Made by a program: the position numbers and the translations under genes. Of a stretch of DNA of 64,000 bases, positions 23,690-37,409 are shown piece after piece. The notes below the pieces were generated by a model that saw only the letters and a program-made list of their open reading frames with translations, was not told the origin of the DNA and did not search any database. The stretch comes from Guillardia theta CCMP2712 (taxonomy: Eukaryota; Protista; Cryptophyta). Position 1 is the stretch's first letter, and the number at the start of each line of letters is the position of its first letter. The DNA is taken from positions 182,559 to 246,558 of the forward strand of contig NW_005434624.1 in assembly GCF_000315625.1 (NCBI RefSeq). Direction: 5' to 3'.

Positions 23690-24430
23690 GACTACCCACC
23701 CTATCAGAAAATTAACCAGACGAAATTACCCACCCGTTTCCCACTCCCAGAAGGGTAGAAGACCCCTTCATATCCACCCCATCACCTCTGTTTGACCCAC
23801 CCCTTTGCCCCTTCCTAGGAACAGTCTTTACCACACTGTGCTAAATAAGTTTCGCCAGCTGTCAACTTACCCCCACCCCTGTACCCCACCCCACGTAGCC
23901 TTCCATCGAACTTGAAGAAATTTGGATGATTCATTACCCCACCCTGCTTTTCCCTTCACTTTACTGTGCAGACTACCCATGATCTATCAATTTCCACCCC
24001 ACCCCAACGTTAAAACTGACGTGTTCGGACCACTTCCGTAGTTCACGTGGGGGTGGAGGGGTACCTTCGAAGTTAATGTTCCACTGTCCCTTCCCGGCTG
24101 GTGTAGGGATACCCTCACCAAGGGACCCCTAAATATACATCCGATTTGAATCCGCCAGTACCCCCGTCTATTTCCGGATTTAGTACCCCACCAGCCAAAG
24201 AAGTTTACTTCGCTGGGACATGAGTCAGCAATGTGTCCGCTGGCAGTCGATGGAGGGGTAGGGGGTGGGGTTCCTGGTCAGGACCTCCGGGGGAAGGGAG
24301 CTGTAGTAAAGAACGTTGAGATACACCACACTAGCCTAGTAGGACCGAGGGGTCCTACTTGAACATCGGTGAAGGGAGACGCCCATATTGAGATGCGACT
24401 ATTCGGAGAACCCCTTGGCAATGAACGGTC
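23690..24430. other. ACCCC/GGGGT-rich non-coding tract
   Basis: C-rich words on + to ~24045, then mixed and G-rich. Lies 5' of the - strand gene at 23210. Confidence 0.55.
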
Positions 24431-24504
24431 GCTATCCAACCGATTGCCACCGCTGGACTCCCCGTCAAGTTTTTTTTAACAAGGAGCATATACTATGATA
24501 AGTA

Positions 24505-24915
24505 AACCCGGCCCGGTCACGTGACTCCCCCTGTGAAGCCAGCCGCCGGGCGCGCACGATCCGAGGGACCAGTGGGAACTTCCATTCGTCGGATCTCCCA
24601 ACGGCGGGCCCCCGGGGGCTGCGCCGGTCGGTCACACTGTCCAAATCAGTCATTGAGAGCCGGGCCGCGGCTCACGGTGTGATACCCGGACGCTGAGGAG
24701 CCTACTAGCCACGCCCGGAACTTAACTTTGAGTAAAAGACGCCCGGGTGCTGAAACCGTTGAACAGGTCACCGTTCGTCATCAGCCTGGTACGGCGAGGC
24801 AGAACCTGACCCTCACAGAGTACGGTCAGTGTATCATCATAGTACTATGATGCAGTGCCCGGCCGGTCACCGGGTGGCACTACTGAGAGACTCTAGTGCT
24901 TTGAGTAAAGACGAA
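24505..24915. repeat. GC-rich island B with conserved core (- strand, 24719-24736) and 18-bp palindrome CATCATAGTACTATGATG (24835-24852)
   Basis: AACTTAACTTTGAGTAAA at 24719-24736; partial second core CTTTGAGTAAAGAC at 24899-24912. Confidence 0.8.
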
Positions 24916-25500
24916 GACACGGTGCGATCGGATGGCAGTGGGCTGTTCTCAGCGGCCGTCTACTTGCCAGTTGCTCCGGCGACTTGACAGATGAAGAGGT
25001 CAGTGGAGAACATCTGACTCGTGAGCTTCCGCCCGTAGGATCCGAGACAGGAGAGGCAAGACTGAGCCTGAGAGTGCGTTGCTGCGAGGCTCCGATGCTG
25101 CTGGCAACTGCCAAGTGTCGCCCTTGTGGTGCTAACTCAGTGCGAGACATGGCAGGCTGATGCTGAGCAAAACTTCGCGGTACGAGGTTCACCTGAGCTG
25201 GCCAGCTGCTGGCCCAGCAGCTGCCAAGTAGGGTCGAATGCTCCCGCGCACACTCCGTCCTCCCTGAGCCGAACATGCTTGCCGCTGCCGAAGTCGGCTC
25301 GACCGGCGATTATGTCTTTGGGGTTGGGACGCCACAACATCATCATAGGCACCCTTGAACCATTGAGCTGCTCCAGCCTCTCTCCTACCGTGCTCATGAT
25401 GATTGCTGGCATGATACTACCACAGGAGCTTCGTCGTTGTCCCATCAACTCCTACAAGCTCTCATGGTCTTCGTCCGTGCAGGAGCCGTACCTCTGCTCC
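24893..25500 (-). CDS. Possible small spliced hypothetical gene ending at island B
   Basis: ORFs 25137-25448 and 24893-25276 with candidate splice sites. No family recognised. Confidence 0.25.
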
Positions 25501-25641
25501 TCCCTGCTCCTCCTATCCTTCCCGACCTCCCTGCTCCCTGCTCCTCCTTCTCTTCCCCTCCACCCGTCGCTCCTGGCAACTCTCGGTGCCATTCATGGAA
25601 AGAAATTGCTCTGAGGCAGCCTCCGCTAGTCAAAGTTGACC

Positions 25642-26850
25642 ATGGGAGGAGCGTTAGGGAGAGGGAGGAAGGCAGGGGGTGGGGAGGAGGAGGAGGGAGG
25701 GAGGGAGAGGAGGAAAGGCCAGGCAGGAGAGGACAAGTTCCTTGCATGGAACAAGCAAGGAAGCGCAAGGTGGATCGAGATCGACGCGCGATCGACGGGG
25801 AGGCCGACCAGTCCGTTCGTGCTGGCAGCCCCTCGAAGGACGAGGAACAGATCGACGATGAGGGAGGAGCGTAGACAGGAGGCTCTGAGCAAGATCAAGG
25901 AGGCATCGAGAGTCAGCTATGATGGTCTGGAAGGGGACGCGTCCACTGCGAGGACGCATGAGCGAAACGGAGCCAAGCTAACAGCGGGGGAGAGGAGGAG
26001 GATGCTGAAGGAAGGGAACTTTGACCGTGAGGTGCTGAGGAGGACAAGGTATGACAGAGAGTACCAGCATGGTCGAGGGCTGGTAGAAGAGCAGGTACAA
26101 AACTCCAGGAGCGTGTAGTTTCAACGTGACTGAGGAGGCAGGAGATCCAGCGGATCGTTGAGTTGCACGGATCGGTCCTGCAGAGCAAGCACATGGAGGA
26201 GGAGAATCAGCGGGAGATCGAGAGGCTGAATGCTCCTGAGCTTGACCCGGCGTTCGGCTCGAGGTACCGAGGGAGGCCGACAGCGGAAGACGTGCGGAGG
26301 TCCACGGATAGGGGGTTCCCGACTGACCAGTGGGGCAGGAAGAAAGGCTCGGGCTGCTATCTATGATGGAGGTGAATGGGCAAGCGAGGAGCAAGGAGGC
26401 GATAGACGAGGTAGAATGGAGGGTTCCATGGGCGATGCTTACCGCCTGCCAGCTGCGCAAGGTCTGCTTCCGAGCCAACTCGCAAGTGTCGATGGAGAAC
26501 AGGTGAAAGAGGAAGGACAATCTCAACGAACCCTCTGAGCGTCGTGGGCAGGAAGACTGCCGAGAAAGCGCGAAGTCTCCTCCTTGGAACCTCCCTGGTC
26601 TGCTGGGACGCCTCCTGCTCCTCCCCTGACCTTGTGGCCCCGGCAGGTCTGCAAGATGAGTCCTGAGGAGCTCCGGGAGGTCTCCATGGATCAAGTCAGC
26701 TGCCTTGCACTCCTTCACCCTCCCTTGCTGAGAAGCGCCCGCAGGAATTTCACGTGGCTGTCGAGCGGAAGGAGCAGGGGCTGCTGTGGACAGAGAGACA
26801 GCGGATGGGGACGGAGCTGCCGTAAGGAGGGGAGGGGAGGGGGATGACGC
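25642..26850 (+). CDS. Hypothetical charged protein, multi-exon
   Basis: ORFs 25636-26118, 26163-26366 and 26584-26847 have exon-like purine-rich codons and GT..AG junctions. Confidence 0.4.
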
Positions 26851-27206
26851 TTGCGGAGGACGTAGAGGTTGTTGGTCATGTAGGTTGTGAAAATTTGTTT
26901 ATGTCCCCATGAGATCAACACGGTCATCAACCAATTCTACCAGGAACGATTCCCTGTTGGATCCAGGAGGGTAAGGGAGGAGGGGGAGGAGGAGGAGGAG
27001 AAGGAGGGGGAGGGAGAAGGCTGTCCCCTCCTCATCGAAATAGTCCATTGTTATTCCACCAGTTCTTTCGCCATCATTACGCCATCCGCACATACACGAT
27101 CTTAACCCTCCTTCTCTTCCTCTTCCTCCTCCTCATTCACAGAAGGTTTTGTTAACGCACTTTACTAAGTCTGCTGCCTCCCTTTACAACCCGCATCACT
27201 CACAAA

Positions 27207-29105
27207 TCACACACTTCTCTTCGCCGACATTGGCAGGAAATCCTGTATACCAACGTCAGCCAGGGCCACAAGACGAACAGGCAATGGGAGGAGAAGAGGA
27301 AGGCGAGGAGAAAGCAGGACAGGCAAGGAGAGGGGGGAGCTGGTCTCACCATTCCATCCTTCTTCTTCCCAAAGCTGTTGACAGCAATCAAAATCCCTAT
27401 CCAAACGATCTGCGACACAAGGAAAATTGTGTAGGAAACTCCCCCCGACGACGTCCTCTTCTCGTGAAGCGTGTCAACATGAGCATCCCTGGGATGCTCC
27501 CTCGGGCCCGCCACATCCCCAGCCTGGGCAAACCCCAAAGGTGTCAGGGATTAGGAGAAGGGGGGGGGGGGGGGGCCTGGAAGGGAGTGTGCGGGAGAAG
27601 GGATGGGAGGGATTGAAAGGAAACGAATCGCTCACCCGTCGCTGATGGATCTCGGAGAGGAGATGTAGGATCTTCTGGTTGTCGTTCTGGAGGTTGAGGA
27701 CCTTGGCGAGGGCGTCGTGGGAGCTCTTGATCAGGGTGTTCTGCACCATCGCCTGGAGGCTCGCAAGGTCCCTCTTGACCTCGTCCAGGTGCTGCTTCAT
27801 GCCCGAGCTGCTCAGCGACATCTCCTTGACCACTGACTTCTCCGACCTCATCACAATCTCCCCGACGTCCACCAGCAGCTCCGAGGCCGAGCGCGCGGAG
27901 CCCCCGGCGTTGGTTTCTTCGCCGGACTGGGAGGAGACGGCGTGCGCGAGAGTGATGGTCCCCCGCATCTCATGCGCGATTTGCCGAATCTCCGCCTGAA
28001 TCAGGCCGAGCGTCTCCTTCACCTCGTTTTTGAAGGAACTGGATGACTCCAGGTCGCTGTCGGCGGCGGGTGAAGGCTCCGCAGCCGGGCTGCTGCTCTC
28101 GGGGCTAGCGGGCGCCTCCTCCGGAACGTTATCGACCAGCTCGTTGTCCACCACCTCCTTCATGTCCTGTACATCACTCCCCTTGGTGCTGTCAACTCGA
28201 AGCTTTCTGACTTCATCCTTTCTAACCGCAGGCATGTCCACCCATCGCTGTAGCGCATCCGCAAATCGTTGCAGGTGCCTGTCGTCGTCGCGTCGCCACT
28301 CGTGCTGCTCCTGGGCAGACTCGTGAGGGAAGTGCTCCGACTTTTCTTGCTTCGGGCTCTCAGCGACAGGAGAAGGAGCTTGCTGATCGTCATGCGGCGT
28401 GGCGGGTTCGAGGCTAGTGACCTCTAGCGAGTAGATGTCGTGATTGTCGGCGACTTGCCCAGTATGGGCAGACAAGCCAACGAAATACTCGTCAGGCATC
28501 TCAACGCCGACCTTGAAGCATTGAGTGTACGAGGCCTTCCCACGGATGTCATGCTCTACCGTGAGGGTCTTGTCCTGATATCGGATCCTCAACATCACCG
28601 GCGAGCGCGAGTTGCGGAACCCGAGCTTGCACTGGGCGCCTGGCAGCTTCTGCTCCCGCCCATCGCTGTCATGGTCGAATCGCAGATCTCCTGTGCTGCT
28701 GAACGCCATGATGGACGGGTTGTCCCTCTTCCCGTCGTTGTCGTACGTGTCCAGCACCACCCCCACCCCCTGGAAATCCTCGCGGTTCCCAAACGTTCCC
28801 CCGAACCCCTCGGACTGCTTCGTGAACCAGATGGCAAACCCGTCTCCCCCGAGGTATCTTGCTCCTACCACCTTGAACGTGAGCTCTAGCTCCCACTCCC
28901 TGTACGGCATCTTCCGCTGGCTCCACAGCGCTCCTTCATGCCCCGCCTCCGATGGCGTCAGGCGAATGAACGTTTCTGTGACGACGCTCGACCCCATCGC
29001 GACCCATCCGGGAACATTTCCGCTGCTGTAGGGAGCTCGGAAAGAAATCACATCCTGCTTCATGCCCCACGCCGATGCCAGCATCCCCAGGAGAGCTGCT
29101 ACCAA
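27207..29105 (-). CDS. L-type lectin, ERGIC-53/VIP36 (LMAN1/LMAN2) family, type I membrane protein
   Basis: IRLTPS...GALWS, GGDGFAIWF, GVGVVLDTYDND, GLSAHTGQVADNHDI; coiled-coil stalk; TM segment VSYTIFLVSQIVWIGILIAV; basic cytosolic tail. Confidence 0.9.
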
Positions 29106-29829
29106 GCATGAATTACATGATTGCTGCTAATACTTTGTTGGGGTATGGGACGACAGGGCTTCGGGTTTAGCACATCTGTCCTAACAAGGGTACATGAACA
29201 ACTCAAGAAGAACAGATGATCTTCGAACATTCAAGACAATCGAATATCTTATCATGCAACATGAGCACATGCATTCGTGAAAATCGTAGCAGCTCCAGTA
29301 GACTTGGTTGAGGAAGGAGTCAGCAGGGGTAGGCAAACATGTTGAAATGTTTGTTGATGTATTCCATCGAGTTGGAGGAGAAGAAGAGACTCGATATCTA
29401 TATTCTTCAAGGCAGAGGGAAAGGAAGGTAGACCAAACAACTTTTCGTTCATGCCAAGACATAATTCTTAGAACGAAGGTGCAGCTGGGACAGGAAACAG
29501 TTCTCATGGCAACAGCGCACACACTTTCTCCTTCCCTTCTTATCACAGCGGAGCATGGATGTGCGATAGGAGGGAAGGGGGAGGAGGCGGATGTGTAGAG
29601 CCTTACCTGCCGCATACGCCGCCATAGCGCCACGCTGCGCTGTCCCAGCGGTCTGTGCAATGCTTAATCCTCCAGCCGAGATTAAAAGCCTTCTTATTAC
29701 GATTAAAGATCTTGTTAATTCTGATTTGATTTGTTCAGTGGTCAGTGCCACTGGTTTCAGTCACTCGCCCGGGCCCGGCGCCGGGCCGGGTGGCGGGGGA
29801 GGAATCAGGTGGTCCATGCCAGGGTGGGA

Positions 29830-30205
29830 GACATATCGAGCAATTCTACCGGGGTAGTCCCCACCTACGACTATAGGATGCTAGTAGTCAACTTCTCCCT
29901 TCAAGGGAGGGGTGGAGAAAGCTTTAGGTGGCCAGAAGGTGGGTACTGTCACGGAAGGACGGGTGCTTGATAGTTTTTAGAACCGTGCTAGTGAGGGTGG
30001 GTTTAGTATATCCACCGGTAGAGCTTGAAAAAGGATGGTGGGGGTCATTAGGGCAGTCATTCCATAGGTACAATCAAAGGAGGGTGGGTAGTCAAGGAGG
30101 GGTATCCTAGTCAAATAAGGGTGCGTAAACAAAGGGGTGGTTTTTGATGAGGGGTGGTTATTTAAGGGGATAATAGGGGTAATAAGTGGATGGGGGTAGT
30201 GAGTG
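29830..30205. other. GGGGT/GGGTA-rich tract upstream of thioredoxin, preceded by a mini GC island (29762-29800)
   Basis: Repeated GGGGT/GGGTA words; GCCCGGGCCCGGCGCCGGGCCGGG at its left edge. Confidence 0.5.
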
Positions 30206-30220
30206 GAGGAGAAGGGAGGG

Positions 30221-30920
30221 ATGAAGGAAGCGACGAACAGAGACGACTTCGACGGTCTGATCAAGGGCAAGGTAGCGCCATGCTGCTGGAGAGACGATAC
30301 GATGAATATCTTTGCTGAGATGAGATGAGATTAGTGACAAGATATGAAGTGAAGAATGTTTGGATGGGATTATTCTGTTGCAGTTCGCATCAAATCGTGA
30401 CGACTACAATATGAGCAAATTGATGTGTTGTGCTTGCGTTGAACTTAGCAAAGACGTAGGAAAGAGACGGGATTCGATGTCTCTGTATCATCTATGTATG
30501 AATCGAACATTTCTGACTTTGATTCAATGTTGCTGCTACATTCGTGCAACGTCGCATCGCAAAAGAACGCTTTCGTCCTCTTCAAGGCCTCATGGTGCAA
30601 AGTATGCCAGTCAATAGCTCCTGTGTTCGAGAGACTTGAAGAGACATATGCAACGAATCTCTTCCTTGTTGTGGACATCGACCAGAACGAGGTGGCGTCG
30701 TTGAAGACCATGGTAGAGGTCAGCTCACTGATGGATTGTTCAGGGCACTGCCGTTTCGCAAGGAGTTGACGCCATGCCAACCTTTGTGGCGTACAAGAAT
30801 GGCGACAAAGTGGACGAGTACGCTTTATCACCTTGACCTGCCCAGAATAAGCAGATTGCCAGGTTGATCTCTGGTGATGAGAAGACTCTCCAAGAGTTCC
30901 TTGCTAAGAATGCACACTAA
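30221..30920 (+). CDS. Thioredoxin (WCKVC active site)
   Basis: MKEATNRDDFDGLIK..., VLFKASWCKVCQSIAPVFERL...VVDIDQNE|GTAVSQGVDAMPTFVAYKNGDKVD|LISGDEKTLQEFLAKNAH*. Confidence 0.88.
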
Positions 30921-31049
30921 GTTGATAACTGAGGTAGTGGTGATTGATGCCTGGGGGCATCTAAGTTTTTCCTTTGAATTTTTGTGGTCTGATCCTGCTA
31001 ACATTATAAATACTTGACTAAGTGAAATGAACTCTTATCCGACGATTGA

Positions 31050-31620
31050 CTTCAAAGTTCGAGTCCGATAGCCTAGTATCCGACTCATGGATGATGCCGC
31101 GCCGCGGCGGACTCGGATCCGATCCGAGTGCCAGGACTGATCCGCTAACTTTCAGTGAGGAAGTCAAATCGTCGGATCATCTGTGGCACCATCACTCGGA
31201 TCATCCGTCACTGTAGCGGCATTGCCCCCGGTGAGCCTCACTGCGCCGCCGGGAGTCCGATCACTGCCAGGCTGAGTCAGTGATCATCGGATCCCGGTCC
31301 ACTGCCATGACCCGATCCGAGCCTGGCATGACTCAGTCACTGACCCGAACGACCGTACGGTTCACTCAGCCTGGCAGCCGCATCGTCACTGGAGTCACTG
31401 AGTGGTGGCCAGCCTCACTCGGAGTCGGAGTCACAGCCGCCGAGTACTCAGTGGTTAATTTAAAGCGCCGGTGCGGCCTCCCCCCGAGAGGCAGCGGCCG
31501 GGCTTTCGGACTCAGCCTGGACGGTGCCACCGTCAGTGTGAGCGGCTCGGCCCGGCCCGCTGCGACTCGCCGGAGTCGAGTGACTTCGGAAACCCGGGCG
31601 CCGGGCGGTTGCAGCTTATA
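31050..31620. repeat. GC-rich island D
   Basis: Dense GAGTC/GACTC/CACTG/CAGTG/TCGGA/CCGG words; GACCGTACGGT at ~31351 is shared with island A. Confidence 0.7.
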
Positions 31621-31837
31621 ACCGTCCAACTTGTTTGAAACCACCACGCCAGGATTTGATGGTGGGTCTCCCGCGATGCTTCTGTGGCATGGGCGGGAGA
31701 GGGGGGACAAGGAGAGTGAGCAGGAAGGAGGGAGAGAGGTGGAGAGGCACTGAGTGAAGGAAGAAGAAGGAAAAGAGCGAAGAAAGTATCCTCGAAGAAG
31801 CTCCTTTGTCTGTTGTTTGCTCTCATCTGTGAGAAGA

Positions 31838-34800
31838 TGGAATCGGTTTCCAAGGCAAGCATGGATTTTGCCTTCTCGGGAAGCAGAGCATCTATGAAGA
31901 AGGACGACCTGTCGGAGGTCTCCAACCTCCGCAGGAGCTTGTATGACTTGCAGCAAGACTTGTTCAAAGAGAAAGAGCTCAGGCAAGACTCTGACAGGGA
32001 GCTTCTGAAAGCACTTTCGCTGCTCAAGAAAGTGGTGGTGATGGATGACCCCAACGAATCCAGGCAGAACTTTTCTTCACAGCTCATGGACAGGCAGGTG
32101 GACCATGAGAGAGAGTCCCGTCAACTGCAGGCAAACTTGCAAGCCTGCAAGTGCAAGCTGGAGGCAGTAGAAGCAGAACTGGAGAGGAAGTGTGTTTCGT
32201 ACAATCACTTGGAGGAGACCATGATCCAGTTGAACAAACTGTACGAGCATGAGCAGCATCAGAGGTGTGTTCTCATCCTCATCCTTACCTTGTCACCGTG
32301 AGAGTGCTTCGGTCGCCACTGACATGCTCCGCAGAAAGAAGCTGGAGCAAGACCACAACCTTGTGCTGTCGCAGAGGTCGGGGTTGGAGGACGAGCTTTC
32401 CCGGGCCCGATCGGAATGTGAAGCCTCAGACGCACAGCTGGCTGACCTGCGGGAGGAGATGCGGGAGATCCAGGAGATGCTGTCCCAGGCGGTGAAGGAC
32501 TCGCTGGAGAGGGACGGCGAGCTCAAGAGGAAGGCGAGGGCGTACAAGGCTGAAGTGAAGTCGAAGAGCTCCAAGATCGCGGAGCTCATGGAGGAGAACG
32601 AGAGTCTGTTGGCCAAGGTAGAGGCTATGAAGGAGGAGGAGGAGGCGATGAAGAAGAAGCACCGGAAAGAGCTGGAAAGGCTCCGCGCTAACATGGACGA
32701 GGCGACTGGCAGAATCTCGGAGGAGCTGGAGAGCTGCCAAGACAGACTGAGGAAGGAGGAGGAGCGTAGGAAGAAGCTGCAGTCGACTGTGGAGGAGCTG
32801 AAGGAGTCAGAGTGGCTGAAGAGAGAGATGGAGGAGGAGGTCAGAAACCTAGCGGACACCTTGAGGGAGAAGGACAGGAGGCTGCAAGCTATCCAAGAAA
32901 CGCATGCAAAGCAGAGAAGGAGTGAGGTAGAGAGCATCGCAAAGACGATGCACGAAGAGCACATTTCCCTGCTCAGAGACCAGTGGGCGAAGTCGACTGA
33001 AGGGTTGGACGCCCTGGCGGCCTCGTGCGGTATGTCTGTGTGTGAGGTATGACATTGGCTGAGTTGTACTTCTAGATTTCTTGTCTTCACCTGCCCCATC
33101 CAAACAGAGTTGGGCAGAGCCCAGGAGCAGGTTTGAGGAGTTCTTGAAAGAGTTTCTGGACGCATCGTTGCATCGCTACCTGCTCCTTTTGCGGGATCTG
33201 AAGGGCTCGCACGATAGATTGGTGAGGATTTGATGATAACGACGATGACGATGACAATGACGATGATGATGATGATGATGGTGTTTGTGGCGGTTGTTGT
33301 TGTTGTGGTGGTGGTGGTGGTGGTGATGATGATGATGATGTTATGGTGATGGCTAACTCTCGGAGGTCAGAAGGATGAAAACTCAAGGTTGAAGAGGATG
33401 CTGGAATCGGAGCAGAGCGTCTGTGCTGGGGTGAGTAGGAGGAGACTCCTGCCGGGAGGGCGATGGAACCGTGACCCCAGCGTTGCAGCTGGAGAAGAAA
33501 TTGAAGGAGTTGGAAGGACAGCTGAAGGAGGAGGAGAGCAAGAGTAAAGAAGCACGAGCGGCGATGCTGCAAGAGTTTGAGGTGGGCAGAGGAAAATTCT
33601 CTATCCTCCCTTTCCTTTCTTCCCTTCCCTTCCCCATCTTCCCCTGCACATCCCCTGACCGACGCGCCAGCGGAAGGCGGAGCAAGGGGCTCGAGAGCGG
33701 CGGGAGCTTCAGATGAAAGTCCAGAAGTTCTGCCGACGGTGGAACACTTCAGTATGCTCGCACCTCAAGCCCCGTCTCGCCCTCCTGCGATCATCCTTCT
33801 CCTCCTTCTCTGATGACATCGCCAAGGAGTTTGCAAGCCTCAAGGTGCTCGCGCCCCTGACCCTCCTCCCCTTGGCCTCTTCCTGTCTTGTCCCCCCTCC
33901 CTCCCTCCTTCCTCCTTCTCCTCCCTCCCTCCTCCCTCCTTCCTCCCCTCCCTCCCTCCTCCCTCCTTCTCCCCTCCTCCCTCCTTCCTCCTTCTCCCTC
34001 CCTCCCTCCTCCCTCCTTCTCCCCTCCCTCCCTCCTTCCTTCTTCTCCCCTCCTCCCTCCTTCGCCTGTGTCTTAACGCCCCCCGCTTACCTCCTCCTTC
34101 CACAGGCCGAGCTGACGTTTGCGAGCGGAGCCGTCATTCGCCGAGAGGTGCGCGATGAATGCCCGCCCCATCGCTGATCGAGGGGAGCAGAAGCTGGCAT
34201 CTTCGCAAGTCGAGCAGCAAGCCCAGCTGATCTATCAGGTGAGAAGGGGGTGTCAAGTCTCGGGCCTGCTGAGCAGGGTCACCAGCAAGTACTGTTTGCG
34301 GGTGAGGAGTGCAAGAGGTCGCGCGACCAGCTTGGGAAGGGGCTCAAGGAAGGCGAGTGAGGAGCTGGGAAGGAGGCGGGGCTGACGCCGGCAGCAGGAG
34401 ACTGGACGCAGGCGGCGCAGGCGGCCATGTCGTCATCGCAGGCCAACTTCGAGCACTTCCAGGAGGTGAGGGCGGCTGCTCCGCTCGCGCACGCCTGGGG
34501 CAGGACGGGGCTGGTTCCTGCCCTGCAGCGACTGCCAGTGACACTGACGAGTTCGATGGTCAGATGAGGAGGAGGGGAGAGGAGCTAGAGCAGCTTCAGC
34601 TGGAGCTTGCAGACAGCCGCTCGCTGCTCTTGGCGGCCAACGACGAGGTGGAGAGAGTGAAGCAGCAGCAGCAGCAGCAGCAGCATGCCCGTCAGCAGGA
34701 GCTGGAGCAGGTGAAGGGCGAGCTGAGGGCGGCCAGCAAGCAGCTGGGGACGAGCTCGATGGAACTGCACAAGGCAAGGACGGAGGTGGCGGTGCTGGAG

Positions 34801-36099
34801 GAGAGGAGCTCGCACTTGAGGAGGGAAGTGGAGGAGATGAGGAGGGAGGTGGAGGAGAGGGAGCAGGAGGTGAAGCAGCTGCAAGAGGAGAGGGAGAGTC
34901 TACGTACTCAGGTGGTCAAGGAGTCGAACAAGCAGGAGGAGACGTTCAGGAGGCTGCAGGAGAAGATTGCAGAGCTGCAGGAGGAGAAGGCGAGGAGCTT
35001 ACGGACGGGGCGAGAGCTGGAGGAGGCGAAGGAGGCGGCGAAGACTCTGCGGGCGAGCATGCTGAGCAGGGAGAGTGAGCTTGAAGATGCACAGGAGCGG
35101 TGGGAACGTGCGAGTGAAGAGATTCACCAGCGTCAGAGGCAGGTGGAGGCGCTAGAGGAGGAGTGCTACCGCTACAGGATGCAGGAGGTGGAGTTGCAGT
35201 CAGCGAGGAGGAGCTTGGCTTCAGCTGCTGTGTCGGTCAGGGGCGTGATGAAGGAGCTCGCGCAGATCAGGAGGAGCACGGAAGAGGTCGTGCTGCGGGA
35301 GGAGGAGGAGGGGAGGAGGATGGAGGCACTGGGTGCAGAGCTGCAGCACACGACGAAGAGGGTGGCAGAGGGGACGAGCTGTGTTGGGAGCCTGCTGCTG
35401 GAGTTGAGGGAGGCGCAGAGGCTGGTGGAGGAGGCGAAGGTGAGCACCGGCCGCGATCGGGCAGAGGTGGAGAGGATGATGGGGGAGAGGAGGAGCCTCC
35501 TGCTCAGCATGCATGCGAACAAGCAGACGAGGTCCAAGATGGAGGCTGACATGCAGGAGATGCGGTCGAGCCTGATGCGGCAAGCAGCCAGGGCGCAGGA
35601 GGAGGCGGAGGCGAGGATCCTTCAGCATGAAGAAAGGATACATCAGCTGGTGGAGAGGATACATCAACAGGAGGAGGAGATGCGGGAGCAGGAGGAGAGG
35701 ATCAGCCGACAGGGAAGGGAGTTACGACAGCAGAAGGAGGTGTCGAGTCAAGGAGAGGAAGCGATTCGGGAGCAGGGCAGGGAGATCCGTGAACGAGATG
35801 AGAAGCTCCGCTTGCTGGAGGAGACGATGGGAACCGAGCAGAGGAGGATGAGACAGCTGGAGGAAACTTTGAAACAGCAGGAGGAGGACTTGAAAGGACA
35901 GGAGAAGAAAATGAAACAACAGGAGGAGGAATTGAAGCAGCTGCAACAAGAGCTCTGCTGTGTGCTCGAGCTTGAACCGAGGGTCCAGCACGCTTGCAGC
36001 AGTCTCCTCCTCGTTCAGCGGGCGCTGGGGAGGAGGAGGAAGGAGGAAGCGGAAGTTGTCCTGGAGCTGGTGAGATCTTGTGGGGAGGGTGGAAGGTGA
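31838..36099 (+). CDS. Long coiled-coil protein, multi-exon
   Basis: E/Q/R/K-rich heptad ORFs 31813-32301, 32249-33052 and 34309-36099 joined by introns. Confidence 0.7.
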
Positions 36100-36204
36100 C
36101 GTGCTGCAGGTGGAGAGCACGAGGAGCATCAACAGCGAGATGCGCGTGACCCTTCAGCTCTTGTACGTCTCCATGCTCTGCTCTGCTCCTTCTCCCTTAT
36201 GCTA

Positions 36205-36706
36205 CACTTGCCGCGGGCAGGGAGATTTTGGGGAGGCTCTGCTTCCACCGCGGCATCTTGTAAGGGCGAGAAACGCCGAGCTTGTCTGTCAGTCGTCAGC
36301 AACCCTCCAGCTGTCAGAGGCTCCGCTAACCTTTCGACACGTGCGCGAAGGCTACGAGGAAGTCCTCTAGCAGCAGCTCCCTCTCCTTCCAGCCGCTGCT
36401 GCTCCCGAAACTGAAGCATCGTCAGAGGTGGACTGGGCAAGAGGAGAGTTGGTACATGTGGAGTGAAACTCTCTCCGCAGCATCGCCTTGCTTCAGCCAG
36501 TCCGTGAGCCCCAGGGCGTCCGAGCACGTTCGGTGCTCTTCACATACTGCATGAGATCTTCGAACTTGACGCTCCTGCCCAGGCCCCCCTGGATCTCCTG
36601 GAAGAGGTGGAGCGTGAGGGAGGCTGAGATCTTACTAGGCTTCATGGGAGGCCTGAAGGGGACAACGACCGAGAGCTTGTCTGACGCGCGATCCCCGGTC
36701 AGCATC
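36205..36706 (-). CDS. 3' exons of a hypothetical - strand gene truncated by the gap
   Basis: Spliced segments EIQGGLGRSVKFEDLMQYVK, AMLRREFHST, FGSSSGWKERELLLEDFLVAFAHVS and PYKMPRWKQSLPKISLPAASVA*. Confidence 0.4.
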
Positions 36707-37198
36707 NNNNNNNNNNNNNNNNNNNNNNNNNNNNNNNNNNNNNNNNNNNNNNNNNNNNNNNNNNNNNNNNNNNNNNNNNNNNNNNNNNNNNNNNNNNNNN
36801 NNNNNNNNNNNNNNNNNNNNNNNNNNNNNNNNNNNNNNNNNNNNNNNNNNNNNNNNNNNNNNNNNNNNNNNNNNNNNNNNNNNNNNNNNNNNNNNNNNNN
36901 NNNNNNNNNNNNNNNNNNNNNNNNNNNNNNNNNNNNNNNNNNNNNNNNNNNNNNNNNNNNNNNNNNNNNNNNNNNNNNNNNNNNNNNNNNNNNNNNNNNN
37001 NNNNNNNNNNNNNNNNNNNNNNNNNNNNNNNNNNNNNNNNNNNNNNNNNNNNNNNNNNNNNNNNNNNNNNNNNNNNNNNNNNNNNNNNNNNNNNNNNNNN
37101 NNNNNNNNNNNNNNNNNNNNNNNNNNNNNNNNNNNNNNNNNNNNNNNNNNNNNNNNNNNNNNNNNNNNNNNNNNNNNNNNNNNNNNNNNNNNNNNNNN
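36707..37198. other. Assembly gap (N run)
   Basis: 492 N characters. Confidence 0.99.
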
Positions 37199-37409
37199 GT
37201 CCTTACCACGCCCTCCTTCGCCCTCGCCCCCCCCCCCCCTCCCCTCCCCCCCTTCCTCCTCTTCCTCCTCTCCCTTCACTTCTTCCCTTTCTCCTCCTTC
37301 ACTTGCTTCTCTTCTTCATTTCCCTTCAATCCCTCGTTTCCTGCCCTTCCTTCTCTGATTCCTCTCCGTTTCCTCCTCCTGACTGGCCCTGCCGTCAGTC
37401 TTTCCTTGC

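Noticed and set aside
29181-29751. Small - strand gene upstream of the lectin
   Set aside because: Short ORFs without a consistent spliced frame or motif; not supportable.
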